DNA of 64,000 nucleotides from Vulcanimicrobiota bacterium (GCA_963777315.1 CAVZQC010000005.1:160001-224000); one strand, 5' to 3'. Shown: positions 1 to 10,355, numbered from the stretch's first letter. Numbers and translations: made by a program. The notes: a model not told the origin generated them from the sequence alone.

Positions 1-1
1 G

Positions 2-1879
2 GGATTCCGCGGAACGCTGCCGTTCGGCGTCTCGGAATCGATTCTTGGATTCATCCTTGCGACACCGATCGTGCTGTGGGGCGGCTGGGTGTTTTTGTCG
101 AGCGCCTGGAGCGCGCTGCTGCGCCGGGAAGCGAATATGATGACGCTCATCGCGCTCGGCATCCTCGTGAGCTACGTGTACTCCGTTGTTGCGACGTTTG
201 TAACGCATGGGGACGTGTTCTACGATGCAGCCGGCATGCTCACGGCGTTCTCACTCGTCGGCCACTGGATGGAGATGCGCAGCCGTTTTGCCACTGGCCG
301 CGCCGTCGAAGCGCTCTTGAATCTCGCTCCGCCAACCGCTCGCGTACGCCGTAACCGAGCGGAAACCGAGGTTCCACTCGAGCAAGTCGTCGTCGGCGAC
401 GACGTGATTGTACGACCCGGCGCTCGCGTACCGGTTGACGGCGTCGTGGTCAGCGGCCAAAGCTTCGTCGATGAGTCGATGATCAGCGGCGAGCCCATTC
501 CCGTCGAGAAAAAGCCCGGCGCGAAGGTGATCGGCGGCACCGTCAATCAAACGGGCAGCTTTGTCTTCACCGCGCAGGCCGTCGGCGCCGACACGGCGCT
601 CTCACGTATCGTGAGCATGGTTCGCGACGCCCAAGCTTCGAAAGCACCGGCTCAAGAAATGGCCGACCTCGCCGGCAAGTATTTGGTCTTCGCCGCGATC
701 GGGTCAGGTGGTATCGCGTTTCTCGTCTGGTACCTGTCGGGCGCCGGTGTGCTATTCGCCATTACGGCGGCCGTCTCCACGATCGTCATCGCCTGTCCGG
801 ACGCGCTCGCGCTCGCAACGCCGACGGCGATCACCGTTGGCGTCGGGAAAGGCGCGCGTAACGGTGTCCTTTTCAAGAACGCGACCGCACTGGAGGCGAC
901 CGCGAAGATCGATGATGTCGTTTTTGACAAGACTGGAACGCTAACGGCCGGAAAGCCGAGTTTGACCGACCTGCTGCCGCAAGCTCCTTTCACGGCGGAG
1001 CAACTCGCGAGGTTCGCCGCGACGGCCGATTCGAAATCCGAGCATCCGCTCGCGCAGGCGATCGTCGCCGGTGTGCAGGCGCGTGGTATCGATTTGCCCG
1101 AGCCAACCACGTTTGAAGCGCTGCCGGGACTCGGTGTTCGCGCGACGGTTGACGAAAAAACCGTCCTCCTCGGGAACGCCAGGCTGCTGCAGCGACAACA
1201 AATCCCGATTCCGTCCGATGCACAAGCTCGGGCGGCGCAGCTCGCGGCGAACGCAAAGACACCGATGTTCGTGGTCGTTGATGGAGGGCTCGCGGGCATC
1301 GTCGGCGTCGCAGACACGATTCGGCCGACAGCCCCCGCAGCGATCGCCGAGCTGCGCCGCATGGGCATTCGCACAGCCATGATTACGGGGGACAATCGCC
1401 ACACTGCGCAGGCCGTCGCGCGCGTGCTTGGCATCGACGACGTGCTTGCCGAAGTTCTGCCGGCCGATAAGGCGAACGAAATCAAGAAAATCCAACAACA
1501 AGGCCGTCGCGTCGCGATGGTCGGCGACGGTGTAAATGATGCGCCCGCGCTTGCGCAAGCGGATGTCGGCCTGGCGATCGGCGCAGGGACCGATGTCGCG
1601 GTTGAGACGGCGGAAGTAGTGCTGGTCAAGGACGATCCGGCATCGGTTGCGGTCGCGATCCAATTATCCCGTGCCGTACGCGCGAAGATCGTGCAAAATC
1701 TTTTTTGGGCTGCCGGCTACAACCTGCTCGCCATTCCCGTTGCGGGCGGTATCCTGTACCCCTCGCTGCATGTGCTGCTCGCGCCCGAGTGGGCGGCGCT
1801 ACTCATGAGCGCCTCTACCATTTCCGTTACGGCGAACGCACTCATGATAAATAGACTGCATTTGGTCCGAGCGCGTTAG
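2..1879 (+). CDS. Heavy-metal (probably Cu) P1B-type ATPase, 5' end outside the window
   Basis: Motifs [37 protein letters not shown] and MSAST. The frame is open back to position 2. Confidence 0.93.
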   Translation, partial: GFRGTLPFGVSESILGFILATPIVLWGGWVFLSSAWSALLRREANMMTLIALGILVSYVYSVVATFVTHGDVFYDAAGMLTAFSLVGHWMEMRSRFATGRAVEALLNLAPPTARVRRNRAETEVPLEQVVVGDDVIVRPGARVPVDGVVVSGQSFVDESMISGEPIPVEKKPGAKVIGGTVNQTGSFVFTAQAVGADTALSRIVSMVRDAQASKAPAQEMADLAGKYLVFAAIGSGGIAFLVWYLSGAGVLFAITAAVSTIVIACPDALALATPTAITVGVGKGARNGVLFKNATALEATAKIDDVVFDKTGTLTAGKPSLTDLLPQAPFTAEQLARFAATADSKSEHPLAQAIVAGVQARGIDLPEPTTFEALPGLGVRATVDEKTVLLGNARLLQRQQIPIPSDAQARAAQLAANAKTPMFVVVDGGLAGIVGVADTIRPTAPAAIAELRRMGIRTAMITGDNRHTAQAVARVLGIDDVLAEVLPADKANEIKKIQQQGRRVAMVGDGVNDAPALAQADVGLAIGAGTDVAVETAEVVLVKDDPASVAVAIQLSRAVRAKIVQNLFWAAGYNLLAIPVAGGILYPSLHVLLAPEWAALLMSASTISVTANALMINRLHLVRAR

Positions 1880-1910
1880 TCGCGAGATCGGGCCCTAGAC
1901 TAAAAAGCGC

Positions 1911-2543
1911 CTACTTTTTTGTCGCGGTTTGGGGCAACCGGGAGACGGGGAGATGCCAGCCGTACTGAATGGCTCCGAACCGTAACCCAAAACACAACAC
2001 CATGCCCACTATGGTGATGACAATCGGATGAATGTGAAGCACGCTTCCACCCGCCACTACCGCCGCGCCCGCGAGGGCTGCGAGCGCGTACAGGTCGGCG
2101 CGCAGCACCGCCGGGATTTCATTGGCGAGAATGTCGCGCAACATGCCGCCCCCGATTCCCGTCAGCATGCCCAGCAATGCCGCCATCACCGGATGCAGTC
2201 CATGAGCCAGTGCCTTTTGCGTGCCGGCGACTGCGAAAAACGCCAGACCTAACGCGTCGAACCATAGCACCGGATGATTGAGCCGAGCCATGACCGGATA
2301 CCAAAGAAACGTTATTAAACCCGCCAAGATACTGACCGCAAGATAATTCCAACTCGAGATCGCGGCCGGCGGAACCGCGCCGATCAGCAAGTCCCGTGTG
2401 ATGCCGCCCGCGTTGCCTGCGGCAAAAGCGAGCACCATGATGCCGAAGATGTCGAGCCGGTGTTTAACTGCCGTCGCTGCGCCGCTGATTGCGAACACGA
2501 ATGTGCCGCCCAAGTCCAGCACCAGCGACAGGATATGGCCCAT
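1911..2543 (-). CDS. TRIC/UPF0126 (YadS-like) membrane protein
   Basis: Internally duplicated FAISG...GGG(I/M)xRD hydrophobic repeats. Confidence 0.9.
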   Translation of the reverse strand: MGHILSLVLDLGGTFVFAISGAATAVKHRLDIFGIMVLAFAAGNAGGITRDLLIGAVPPAAISSWNYLAVSILAGLITFLWYPVMARLNHPVLWFDALGLAFFAVAGTQKALAHGLHPVMAALLGMLTGIGGGMLRDILANEIPAVLRADLYALAALAGAAVVAGGSVLHIHPIVITIVGMVLCFGLRFGAIQYGWHLPVSRLPQTATKK

Positions 2544-2547
2544 GTTT

Positions 2548-3804
2548 CTACGCTGACAGCCAGGCTCGTGCAGCGGTCACCATCGCCTCCACGCCCGTTT
2601 CCAGCGTCGGATGAATCGTGGGCAAGAAGCGCGGATTATGATTGGTTGGGATTTCGTTGAGCCGGTTTGCCGCCTTGGCTTTCGCATACTCGGTCGGATC
2701 CGTTCCGCCGACGAACCAGAATACCGACGGTACATGCCACTCCGCTCCGAACGATCCGAAATCTTCACTTGCCGAGGCCGGTCCGGTTTCAACGATCCGG
2801 TCCGCCGCGAACGTCCGATGGAATGCGTCGAGGACCGTCTGCGTAGCGTTCGCGTCATTTGTTGCCAAAGGATAGCGATCCAGCGCGGTGATTTCCGGCG
2901 GTTTCGGAGCGCCCGACGCCGCGGCCTCGGCATTGACGATACGTTCGACGGCGGCGAGCACGCGTTTGCGAACCCCTTCGTCAAAAGTCCGTATGTTGAG
3001 TTTGATAACGGCCTCGTCGGGAATCACGTTTTCTTTCGTGCCCGCCTGCAGCACGCCGACGGTGAGCACCGCAGATTCCGAAGCTGCAACCTCGCGCGAA
3101 ACGATCGTCTGCAGCCGGAGCACCGTCGCAGCCGCCATCACCACCGGATCGATACTGGCCTGCGGCATCGAGCCATGGGCGCCGCGTCCGAAAAGCCGAA
3201 TCTGCAGGCTGTCTGCAGCGGAGGTGATTGCACCGGGCCGTCCCCCGACGTTACCGGCCGAACCGACCATGACGTGCTGACCGAGCACGACGTCGGGTTT
3301 CGGAAACCGTTTGAACAGGCCGTCGTCGATCATCGCCTGCGCGCCTTCCGCCGTCTCTTCGGCCGGTTGGAAGACTGCGAGCAGCGTGCCATCCCAGGCC
3401 GAACGCGCCTGCGCCAGCAGCTGCATCGTACCGACGAGCCAGGTAACGTGCATATCGTGTCCGCAAGCGTGCATCACCGGCACTATCTTGCCGTCGCGGT
3501 CAGTGCCTTTAGCCTTACTCGCATAAGGCACGCCGGTGGCTTCCTGCACCGGCAGTGCATCCATGTCCGCGCGCAGCATGACGGTCGGCCCGTCGCCGTT
3601 TCGCAGTAGGCCGACCACTCCGGTCTGACCAACGCCCGTCGTCACCTCATAGCCGGCCGCGCGCAGCCGATCCGCAGCAAGGCCGGCGGTGCGCGTTTCC
3701 TGCATTGAAAGTTCGGGATGGGCGTGCACGTCTTTGTAAAAGCTTTCCAGATCGGAAAGCGAGCCATCCAAACGTGAAAGTACAGGATCTGAAGAAGTCA
3801 CCAT
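2548..3804 (-). CDS. M20 amidohydrolase (hippurate hydrolase-like)
   Basis: HPELS, RADMDALP, MHACGHD, FQPAEE, GRGAHGS and SEDF motifs. Start placed at ATG 3804 (MVTSSDP). Confidence 0.92.
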   Translation of the reverse strand: MVTSSDPVLSRLDGSLSDLESFYKDVHAHPELSMQETRTAGLAADRLRAAGYEVTTGVGQTGVVGLLRNGDGPTVMLRADMDALPVQEATGVPYASKAKGTDRDGKIVPVMHACGHDMHVTWLVGTMQLLAQARSAWDGTLLAVFQPAEETAEGAQAMIDDGLFKRFPKPDVVLGQHVMVGSAGNVGGRPGAITSAADSLQIRLFGRGAHGSMPQASIDPVVMAAATVLRLQTIVSREVAASESAVLTVGVLQAGTKENVIPDEAVIKLNIRTFDEGVRKRVLAAVERIVNAEAAASGAPKPPEITALDRYPLATNDANATQTVLDAFHRTFAADRIVETGPASASEDFGSFGAEWHVPSVFWFVGGTDPTEYAKAKAANRLNEIPTNHNPRFLPTIHPTLETGVEAMVTAARAWLSA

Positions 3805-3875
3805 ACAGCTACTCGCGTTTCGTATGCCCTCCGATAACGATGCGGTCGAGGGTTCGCTGCGTTGCGCGTCGCTGC

Positions 3876-4247
3876 CTACCGTAAAAGCAGGGTGAGCTCC
3901 CAATGCTGCGCGCACTCGTTTCGCGACATTGCCGTTGCGAAGCTGAGGCAAATCTCCGAAGTTCAGGCCCGCTTCGTGCCGCCCTTTCCCAAAGTGGCGA
4001 TACGCATAACTTGCATAGTCCGCCTCAAGGCGTCCGAAGGGCTCAACCTGGACGACAAGCATGATCAAAAAACTGCTGAGGTCCATCGCTCCATCCTCAC
4101 CCAGCGCCGCTCGCGCGACGATATCGCATTCAACGAGCGTAGGAGCTCCGATTCGTAAGCTGTCGGCGCGTTCGATCGCATCCCTATAGACGCGAGCGTC
4201 GGCTCGTTTCCCAGAATGGCGATGATTGCCGATGTGTCTAGAACCAT
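3876..4247 (-). pseudogene. vapC: VapC PIN toxin, twice frameshifted and C-terminally degenerate
   Basis: Three frames read MVLDTSAIIAILGNEP, then DARVYRDAI...FGKGRHEAGLNFGD (shift near 4200), then CLSFATAMSRNE (shift near 3951). The usual terminal LLFKGxDF motif is absent. Confidence 0.8.
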
Positions 4248-4492
4248 TAGATAGGTAGTCCTGCGTCGTCGTAGCCCACGATTTCCTCATGCGTACGGGA
4301 ATCGACGACTTTGCGGGAACGCGCAATTTGCTCAATCCGATCGAGCGCCGCTGTCCGGTTCTTGCGGCGGCGTACCGTCGCGAGTCGTTCCCGGAGCGCC
4401 TCAGCGACGGCGTTCGTGAGCGTTTCGCCTGTCTCTGCGGCCAGCTCGCGGGCGAGCCTATTTGCCTCCTCACTCTTAATGCTTAACACCAT
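4247..4492 (-). CDS. vapB: VapB antitoxin (Rv0623-like)
   Basis: LSIKSEEANRLARELA..TGETLTNAV..ALRERL...YDDAGLP. TAATG overlap with the vapC start. Confidence 0.88.
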   Translation of the reverse strand: MVLSIKSEEANRLARELAAETGETLTNAVAEALRERLATVRRRKNRTAALDRIEQIARSRKVVDSRTHEEIVGYDDAGLPI

Positions 4493-4595
4493 TGTGGCGC
4501 CATACTACCAAAAAAAGGCGGATAGGTGACAACGCCCCTTGATGAGAAGCCGCGCGAGGTTCCACCGCGGTCTCGCGTCGCCGTCGTTCGCTGCC

Positions 4596-5162
4596 TCAAA
4601 GCATAGGCAGCGGTGTTTCTCCCGAACGCACGGCGCGGTGACATTCTTCAAGAAAGGTTATCTGCGCGCGCTCGGATAGCGGAAATCCATACGCGCTCTG
4701 CTCTTCCATGGCTCTTTGCAAGTCCCAGCCCTGCGCTATGCGGACCAGCATGGCAAAGGTAGAAGCACGCCCGTGGCCGTCGTTGCAGTGCACGTACATT
4801 TTCCCATCCGTGCGATGACGCTGACATAGCAGCAGCCACTGCCGCGCTTGAGCGATCGTTGGCGGATGATGGTTCTTAACCGGGATATGCACGGGTTCGA
4901 TCTCCGGCGCACTCTCGGCCATTTCTTGCGATTCCTCGTGGGTGCGCAGATCGACGACGCAGTGAAAGCCGTGCGATGCAAGCCACTTGTAGCCTTCACG
5001 TGTTGGTTGTCCGCCTCGAAAGAGCCAGCTTTCAAGTGGTCCGAACGCGGGGAGATCGCGCTCCGCGGGCGCCGCATCTTCGAATGCTTCAAGATCGGCG
5101 CGCACCTTGCCGATCTGGTCCTGAATCGATCGATCGTCGTGCGGACCGCCGATTATATCCAT
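4596..5162 (-). CDS. Cys-based protein tyrosine/dual-specificity phosphatase family protein
   Basis: RGGQP, VVDLR and HCNDGHGR (CX5R). Confidence 0.85.
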   Translation of the reverse strand: MDIIGGPHDDRSIQDQIGKVRADLEAFEDAAPAERDLPAFGPLESWLFRGGQPTREGYKWLASHGFHCVVDLRTHEESQEMAESAPEIEPVHIPVKNHHPPTIAQARQWLLLCQRHRTDGKMYVHCNDGHGRASTFAMLVRIAQGWDLQRAMEEQSAYGFPLSERAQITFLEECHRAVRSGETPLPML

Positions 5163-5333
5163 TTGCGAAGCATTTTTATATATTGCCTAAAAGCCTACCC
5201 ACCGCCGCTGTGCCATAACGGAGCGACCGATCCGTTGAATGCATCTTGGTTCTGCTGAGTGCATCTTCGTTCCGGCAAACGTGCGCGTCGGCGGCGGAAC
5301 GATTCGCGAACGGCCCTAGCGAAAGGCACCGTC

Positions 5334-5440
5334 GTGGCCGCTACGCCCAATCCTGTCCCCAGCCGCGAAGTACTGCCCAGCGGCACGGTGACGTTTGCGT
5401 TTACCGATATCGAAGGCAGCACGCAGCGCTGGGAGCGGCG
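5334..5440 (+). pseudogene. N-terminal remnant of a class III adenylate/guanylate cyclase-ATPase gene
   Basis: LPSGTVTFAFTDIEGSTQRWER after an SD-like GAAAGG and GTG; similarity ends abruptly. Confidence 0.75.
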
Positions 5441-5472
5441 ATCTGCCGTCCGGTTCCAGCGAGGAGTCTGTT

Positions 5473-5943
5473 GTGAAACGATATTTCTTTGCACTACCCG
5501 TTTGTTGTGGAATTTTGCTGGCCGGCTGCGGTGGTGTGGGCTCAAGCTCGATGCATTCGGCAGCATCGCAGTCGCACGAAATGCTTCCTTTGGGTGTCGC
5601 TCATAAGAGCGATATAACAACCGCCGTGCTCCCGGAGTCGATCGATCCGTTGCAGCACCATTTTCCAGTAGTGCATGGAACCGCAGTCTACGCCGTGCCG
5701 ACATACGAAATTGACTACAGAAAGCCCGACGGAAGCGGATTTTCGACGTACGCGTACGGCAATGTAAGCGTCACCCGAACCGCATCAGCCATGATCCTAG
5801 TGGCGAACGGGATCAGCAAACCAGAAACGTTCCCGCCGTCCGCAACGATACGGAAAGCCCGATCAGCCCTTCTATTCGTACGGCCCGGAATGCAGAAGCC
5901 GTCTGTAGCCCAAAACTTATTGCCCGCTGCCATCATTCCATAG
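5473..5943 (+). CDS. Putative lipoprotein
   Basis: GAGGAG RBS at 5461, GTG start, LLAGC lipobox. Confidence 0.7.
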   Translation: MKRYFFALPVCCGILLAGCGGVGSSSMHSAASQSHEMLPLGVAHKSDITTAVLPESIDPLQHHFPVVHGTAVYAVPTYEIDYRKPDGSGFSTYAYGNVSVTRTASAMILVANGISKPETFPPSATIRKARSALLFVRPGMQKPSVAQNLLPAAIIP

Positions 5944-6049
5944 GATCGTTGAGACTTGGTCATTCAAGAAAGAGGTGGCGCCGGTTTTTCGAGCTGCGGA
6001 TAGCGCCTTCTAAACAGCACGAAGATGTTTTGCTGCTCGGTAATGCAGC

Positions 6050-6178
6050 GTCGGAAACAGCCGCCTCATGGCATTACTCGCCGATCAGTCCAATCCGGAC
6101 GATCTCGCGCGCATGCTCGCTGAAGGCGCCGCACTCTCTCCGGAAGTCGCCATTGCGGTCGCGCTCGCTGAGCCCTAG
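6050..6178 (+). pseudogene. C-terminal remnant of an ATPase/TPR (cyclase-STAND-type) gene
   Basis: Read manually: RLMALLADQSNPDDLARMLAEGAALSPEVAIAVALAEP*, resembling the EGAALS.E.AIA.AL tail of such proteins. Confidence 0.55.
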
Positions 6179-6191
6179 CGGCATGGCCGGA

Positions 6192-7052
6192 TTACGGTGT
6201 TTTCGTCGGGGCCGGATGCGGCATCGGCATTGGCATTGGCATTTCGCTCCCCATAATTGACATCATGAAGTGGTTCGTACGTTTGTAACCGGCGGGCGGC
6301 GCGAACAGGGAGGCGATCGGCATGGTGAGCGACACGGCCGACAGGTCCATCTTCATGGCGGCTGTCGCGATACCGGTGAACGCCATGTCGGCATGGACGG
6401 GCACGCCCGAAAGATCGTCGGCGAACGCTACGTTCGCGACTATTTGCTGAGGCGTTTTATCGGTGTGCCTCTGCATTACCGTCGTGAGACGGTACACGTG
6501 TGAGACATGGCCGTTGACGGGCTGATCGCCGACCAGCTCCGTGGTCGAGGAAAACTTGTCCAACTGCGTCATCGCGCGAAACATCCCACTGATATCGGAA
6601 AACGGCGAACGCGAACGTGCGGCCCTTTTTGGCGGATGCGACTTCGAATGCTCTCCTGGCGAACCAAGTTTGGTTTGATAATAGTACTTGCCCGTGGACG
6701 ACCACATGGTCAGCGTACCGTTCGCGGTGTTGACGAGCGCTGAGACGACGCCTTTCGGCAGCATCGCCGGCATAGCGCTGTTCGCATGGGGGTGTTGCGT
6801 TGTCACGGCCACTTTTAGGACGTCGATGCGCGTGAACGCATCGCGGTGTGCAACGCGAACATCGATCTGCACGGCGGCCGATTTGCCTTTCCCGCTGGTG
6901 CCGTTCACGCTCATCGTTCCGCTTGCGGTGAACGCCGGGAACAGCGCGGCGGCGCGTGTGGGGGCGGGCTTTGGCGTGGGCTTCGGCGTGGGAGCAGCGG
7001 CCGCAGTCGCGAGCGGGAGAAGGAGCGCGTACAAAACCCGGTGCGAGATCAT
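6192..7052 (-). CDS. Secreted hypothetical protein (DUF4412/LolA-like fold possible)
   Basis: Signal peptide, PTPKP linker, and SLFAPPAGYK near the C-terminus. Confidence 0.65.
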   Translation of the reverse strand: MISHRVLYALLLPLATAAAAPTPKPTPKPAPTRAAALFPAFTASGTMSVNGTSGKGKSAAVQIDVRVAHRDAFTRIDVLKVAVTTQHPHANSAMPAMLPKGVVSALVNTANGTLTMWSSTGKYYYQTKLGSPGEHSKSHPPKRAARSRSPFSDISGMFRAMTQLDKFSSTTELVGDQPVNGHVSHVYRLTTVMQRHTDKTPQQIVANVAFADDLSGVPVHADMAFTGIATAAMKMDLSAVSLTMPIASLFAPPAGYKRTNHFMMSIMGSEMPMPMPMPHPAPTKTP

Positions 7053-7190
7053 GCGCGCGTTTTCGCGCGCGCTCGCGCTCGCCCCCGCCCCCGCGTTCAC
7101 CGACGGACACTCCATTCCAATCGCGTCTGCCGGAATTTTGTTGCGAGAGTCCCAACGGGCCACCTCGCGCCGGCTAGTCGTTCAGGGTGG

Positions 7191-7220
7191 TTGACGACCG
7201 CCCGCTCGCCGTACGATAAT
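7191..7220 (+). promoter_or_regulatory. Putative sigma70-type promoter
   Basis: TTGACG-N18-GATAAT upstream of the GGAGG RBS of the GT2 gene. Confidence 0.4.
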
Positions 7221-7246
7221 AGGACCTCGAAGTCGGGAGGGACGAC

Positions 7247-8203
7247 ATGCAGCATCCGAACGTCGATATTCTGGTCGTGCCTCGCGAGCAGTTCGGCCGC
7301 ACCGCCGAATCGCTCGAAAGCATCTATGCCAACACCCGCGTGCCGTTCTCGCTCACCTACGTCGACGGCAACTCGCCCCGGCACATCCGGCGGTACCTGG
7401 AACGCAAGTCGAAAGAACTCGGCTTCACGCTCTTGCGCTACGATCGATATCTCTGCGCGAACGAAGCGCGCAATATTGGATTGCCTCATTGCCTGGGCGA
7501 GTACGTGGTATTCATCGACAACGACGTGTACGCCATGCCCGGTTGGCTGGAATACTTGATCGCGGGTGCGCTCGAAACGGGCGCCGCGATCGTCGGGCCT
7601 TTATACTACTTGGGTGATCCGCGCGAAAAGCGCATCCATACCGCCGGCGCGGATCTGTACGTGAAGGACGAAGGCGGCCGGCGAACGTTCGTCGAGCGCC
7701 ACCACTTCGTGAACGAGCTCGCCGACGATGTAAGCGCGGAGCTGCAACGGCAACCGGTGGGATTGGTCGAGTTTCACTGCCTGCTCGCGCGTAGAGACTT
7801 CGTTCAGGCCGTCGGGTTGGACGAGAATCTGCGCTCGTTCCTGGATCACGACGACTTCTGCCTTGCTGCGGCGAAAGCCGGCGCAAAAGTATACGTCGAA
7901 CCGCGCGCCATCGTTTCACACCTCTCACCGCCGCCCATTTCGCCGAGCGATCTGCCGTTTTTCATCCGGCGGTGGAGCAACGCCTGGATCGATCCGAGCA
8001 TTAAGCATTTCGCGCTCAAACACGGTCTGCGCTTCGACGACGACGGCCTGCAAGGACACTACCGCTATCGCGACGCCCACCGGTTACGTCTGATGGGACG
8101 GCTTCACGGGATCGTGCACCGGCTTTTCGGCAGGCGCGCCTCCGGCATGCTCGATCGCTTCGTCAACGCCTACGTTTTCGATCGTCTGCTGAACTTACGC
8201 TAG
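7247..8203 (+). CDS. Glycosyltransferase family 2
   Basis: VDGNS, ARNIG, FIDND (DxD) and DHDDFC motifs. Confidence 0.88.
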   Translation: MQHPNVDILVVPREQFGRTAESLESIYANTRVPFSLTYVDGNSPRHIRRYLERKSKELGFTLLRYDRYLCANEARNIGLPHCLGEYVVFIDNDVYAMPGWLEYLIAGALETGAAIVGPLYYLGDPREKRIHTAGADLYVKDEGGRRTFVERHHFVNELADDVSAELQRQPVGLVEFHCLLARRDFVQAVGLDENLRSFLDHDDFCLAAAKAGAKVYVEPRAIVSHLSPPPISPSDLPFFIRRWSNAWIDPSIKHFALKHGLRFDDDGLQGHYRYRDAHRLRLMGRLHGIVHRLFGRRASGMLDRFVNAYVFDRLLNLR

Positions 8204-8330
8204 AACCCGCGATCTGCAGACCCGCCGCGAATTCGTGCAGGTCCCTCCACCCCGCTAGGGGAATGCTCTCCCTGTCCCGGGGCCTAGAGCAGGCTCGCTA
8301 CTTCTTTTTTTTCTGATAAGGGGCCGCGCG

Positions 8331-9167
8331 ATGATCGTCCGTTCGAAGCTACAAGCCCGTTTCGCGGGTTTGGTCACCATGGCTGTAATGTTGGCAGCGT
8401 GCTCGGGCGGAGGCACGTTGATGCCGGCTCAGAACGAGGGGAGCGCGACACCGCTGTCCGGGATGCCAGGTCAAACGAGCGCGCCCGTAACGCTCGACGC
8501 CGCCCGTACACTTGCGCAGAACACCAGGAGTTACGGCAGGCAACTGTCCGTGACTCCCGCGTCGCTCACGTTCACCAGCAACTCGACGCAGACTCTTTCG
8601 GTCCGGATTCCAGGGAAAACGACTGTCTACGCCGCGTCGAGTGATGACAGGATCGCTACCGTCATGCTGCAACGCACCGACACGTCCGGTCCGACGACGA
8701 TTGTGTTGACCGTCACGCCTCGGGCGAACGGTAAAGCCTACATCGGCATCCTGGACCGCGCTCTCAGATATGCCATCGTGCCGGTCTGCGTCAACGTTCC
8801 AAGTATGCCGACGCCGGTTCCGAGCCCCACGCCGACCGCTTCGGTTAGTCCGACGCCAACGCCGACGCCGACGCCGACGCCAACGCCAACGCTGACACCG
8901 ACACCAACTCCTACGCCCACGCCCACAGCAACGCCGACACCGACACCAACGCCTACGCCCACAGCAACGCCGACGCCGACACCAACACCGACACCAACGC
9001 CGACGCCGACGCCTACTCCCACACCGCCGACGACAACAACGCCGACGCCGACGCCCACATCCACCCCGACGGGGGGCGGCGGTGGTTCTTGCAGCGCAAC
9101 GATACCACCGGACTACGGCACGGAGCACAAGAAAGGTACCAAGCGCGACGTCATTGTCGTATGCTAG
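8331..9167 (+). CDS. Lipoprotein with long Pro-Thr linker
   Basis: LAAC lipobox, beta-rich Ig-like segment, about 85 aa of PT repeats. Confidence 0.75.
   Translation: MIVRSKLQARFAGLVTMAVMLAACSGGGTLMPAQNEGSATPLSGMPGQTSAPVTLDAARTLAQNTRSYGRQLSVTPASLTFTSNSTQTLSVRIPGKTTVYAASSDDRIATVMLQRTDTSGPTTIVLTVTPRANGKAYIGILDRALRYAIVPVCVNVPSMPTPVPSPTPTASVSPTPTPTPTPTPTPTLTPTPTPTPTPTATPTPTPTPTPTATPTPTPTPTPTPTPTPTPTPPTTTTPTPTPTSTPTGGGGGSCSATIPPDYGTEHKKGTKRDVIVVC
8808..9071 (+). repeat. Hexamer (CCNACN)n coding repeat, Pro-Thr
   Basis: Tandem ccgacg/ccaacg/ccgaca units seen directly. Confidence 0.9.
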
Positions 9168-9303
9168 CGATCATCGTCGCGCGTGATGTCCGGTGATCGC
9201 GCGTGAATGGGCTATCGATTCATTGCGATAGAGTGGGACGGCACCGAATTTTGAATGCCCGTCCTGAAAGGTTCGCAGCCCTCCAAACGGTATATGGTGC
9301 CGC

Positions 9304-9585
9304 ATGTCCAGGCTGTTGGAAGAATTGCCCGTCGGGACGCCGGTGCACGCCAAAGACGGCGTTCGAGTCGGCGAGGTTCGCGCCGTATACGGTTCGGGCG
9401 ACGGGCGCGTGGCGGAATTTTTGCTGGTTCGGTGGAGCGTCCGCGATGAGGAGGCGCTTGTCGCCGCCGACGAGGTGACGCAGATTTCCGAGCAGGGAGT
9501 GACGTTGGGAAAGAACGCCGGCTCCTACGATCTGCTCGCAGCGTTCGACCCTTCCGCCAACCCGATGCTCCACCGCCTGGTCTGA
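9304..9585 (+). CDS. Small PRC-barrel/DUF2171-like protein
   Basis: GTPVHAKDGVRVGEV...VTQISEQGVTL pattern. Confidence 0.65.
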   Translation: MSRLLEELPVGTPVHAKDGVRVGEVRAVYGSGDGRVAEFLLVRWSVRDEEALVAADEVTQISEQGVTLGKNAGSYDLLAAFDPSANPMLHRLV

Positions 9586-9636
9586 TCCGCGCCCAAAAGA
9601 CCCCATGCCGACTGCGTCGTATACCATTGAATCGGC

Positions 9637-10350
9637 ATGAGCAGTTTGAAGTTTTCCATCGTCATTCCAACGTACAACGAGGCCGGCGGCATCGAGCGGC
9701 TTGTGCGCTCGGTGAGCGAGGTCTTTGCGCAAAACGGCCTGGACGGCGAAATGATCGTCGTCGATGACAACTCGCCCGACGGCACCGGCGCCATCGTCGA
9801 CAACCTTGCCGCGCAGCTGCCCGTGCGATGCCTTCATCGACCCGGAAAGCTCGGGCTGTCCAGCGGCGTCATCGACGGATGGAAATTTGCGCGGCCCGAT
9901 TCGCAGGCGCTCGGTGCGATGGACGCCGACTTCAGCCACGACGTCAACGTGCTGCCGAACATGGTTCGAGCGCTCGAAAACGGCTACGGGCTGGCGGTGG
10001 GCAGCCGGTACGTCAGCGGCGGCGGGATCACGAATTGGCCGTGGAAACGAATCGTCACCTCGAAGATTGCCTGCATGCTCGCACAGCCCCTCACGCGCAT
10101 CAAAGACATCACGAGCGGTTACTTTCTGGTTCGCCGCGAGGCGCTCGAAGGAGTTCGCCTGGACCCGATCGGTTTCAAAATCGGTTTGGAAGTGATCGCC
10201 AAGGCCCACTACGGCACCGCACTCGAGGTGCCGTACGTGTTTACCGACCGCGTTCACGGCGAGTCCAAATTGAACGAAAAAGAAGTGTTCAATTATCTCA
10301 AGCAACTGCGCAAACTGTACGCTGCGCGCTTGTTTTCGAGGGCCCAATAG
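9637..10350 (+). CDS. Polyprenol monophosphomannose synthase-like GT2
   Basis: IPTYNE, VDDNSPDGT, GKLGL, MDADFSH, GSRY and GESKL motifs. Confidence 0.9.
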   Translation: MSSLKFSIVIPTYNEAGGIERLVRSVSEVFAQNGLDGEMIVVDDNSPDGTGAIVDNLAAQLPVRCLHRPGKLGLSSGVIDGWKFARPDSQALGAMDADFSHDVNVLPNMVRALENGYGLAVGSRYVSGGGITNWPWKRIVTSKIACMLAQPLTRIKDITSGYFLVRREALEGVRLDPIGFKIGLEVIAKAHYGTALEVPYVFTDRVHGESKLNEKEVFNYLKQLRKLYAARLFSRAQ

Positions 10351-10355
10351 TGCCG

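Noticed and set aside
2548..4473. 641-aa ORF suggesting a VapC-amidohydrolase fusion
   Set aside because: Artefact of the frameshifted vapC middle frame running into the amidohydrolase, which has a normal start at 3804.
7055..7200. GC-rich structured leader, possible riboswitch (ZTP-like GGCG...GGTGG on the minus strand)
   Set aside because: The remaining consensus elements were not found; unsupported without an Rfam search.
8349..9128. Antisense Arg/Cys-rich and (GV)n ORFs
   Set aside because: Shadows of the Pro-Thr repeat on the opposite strand.
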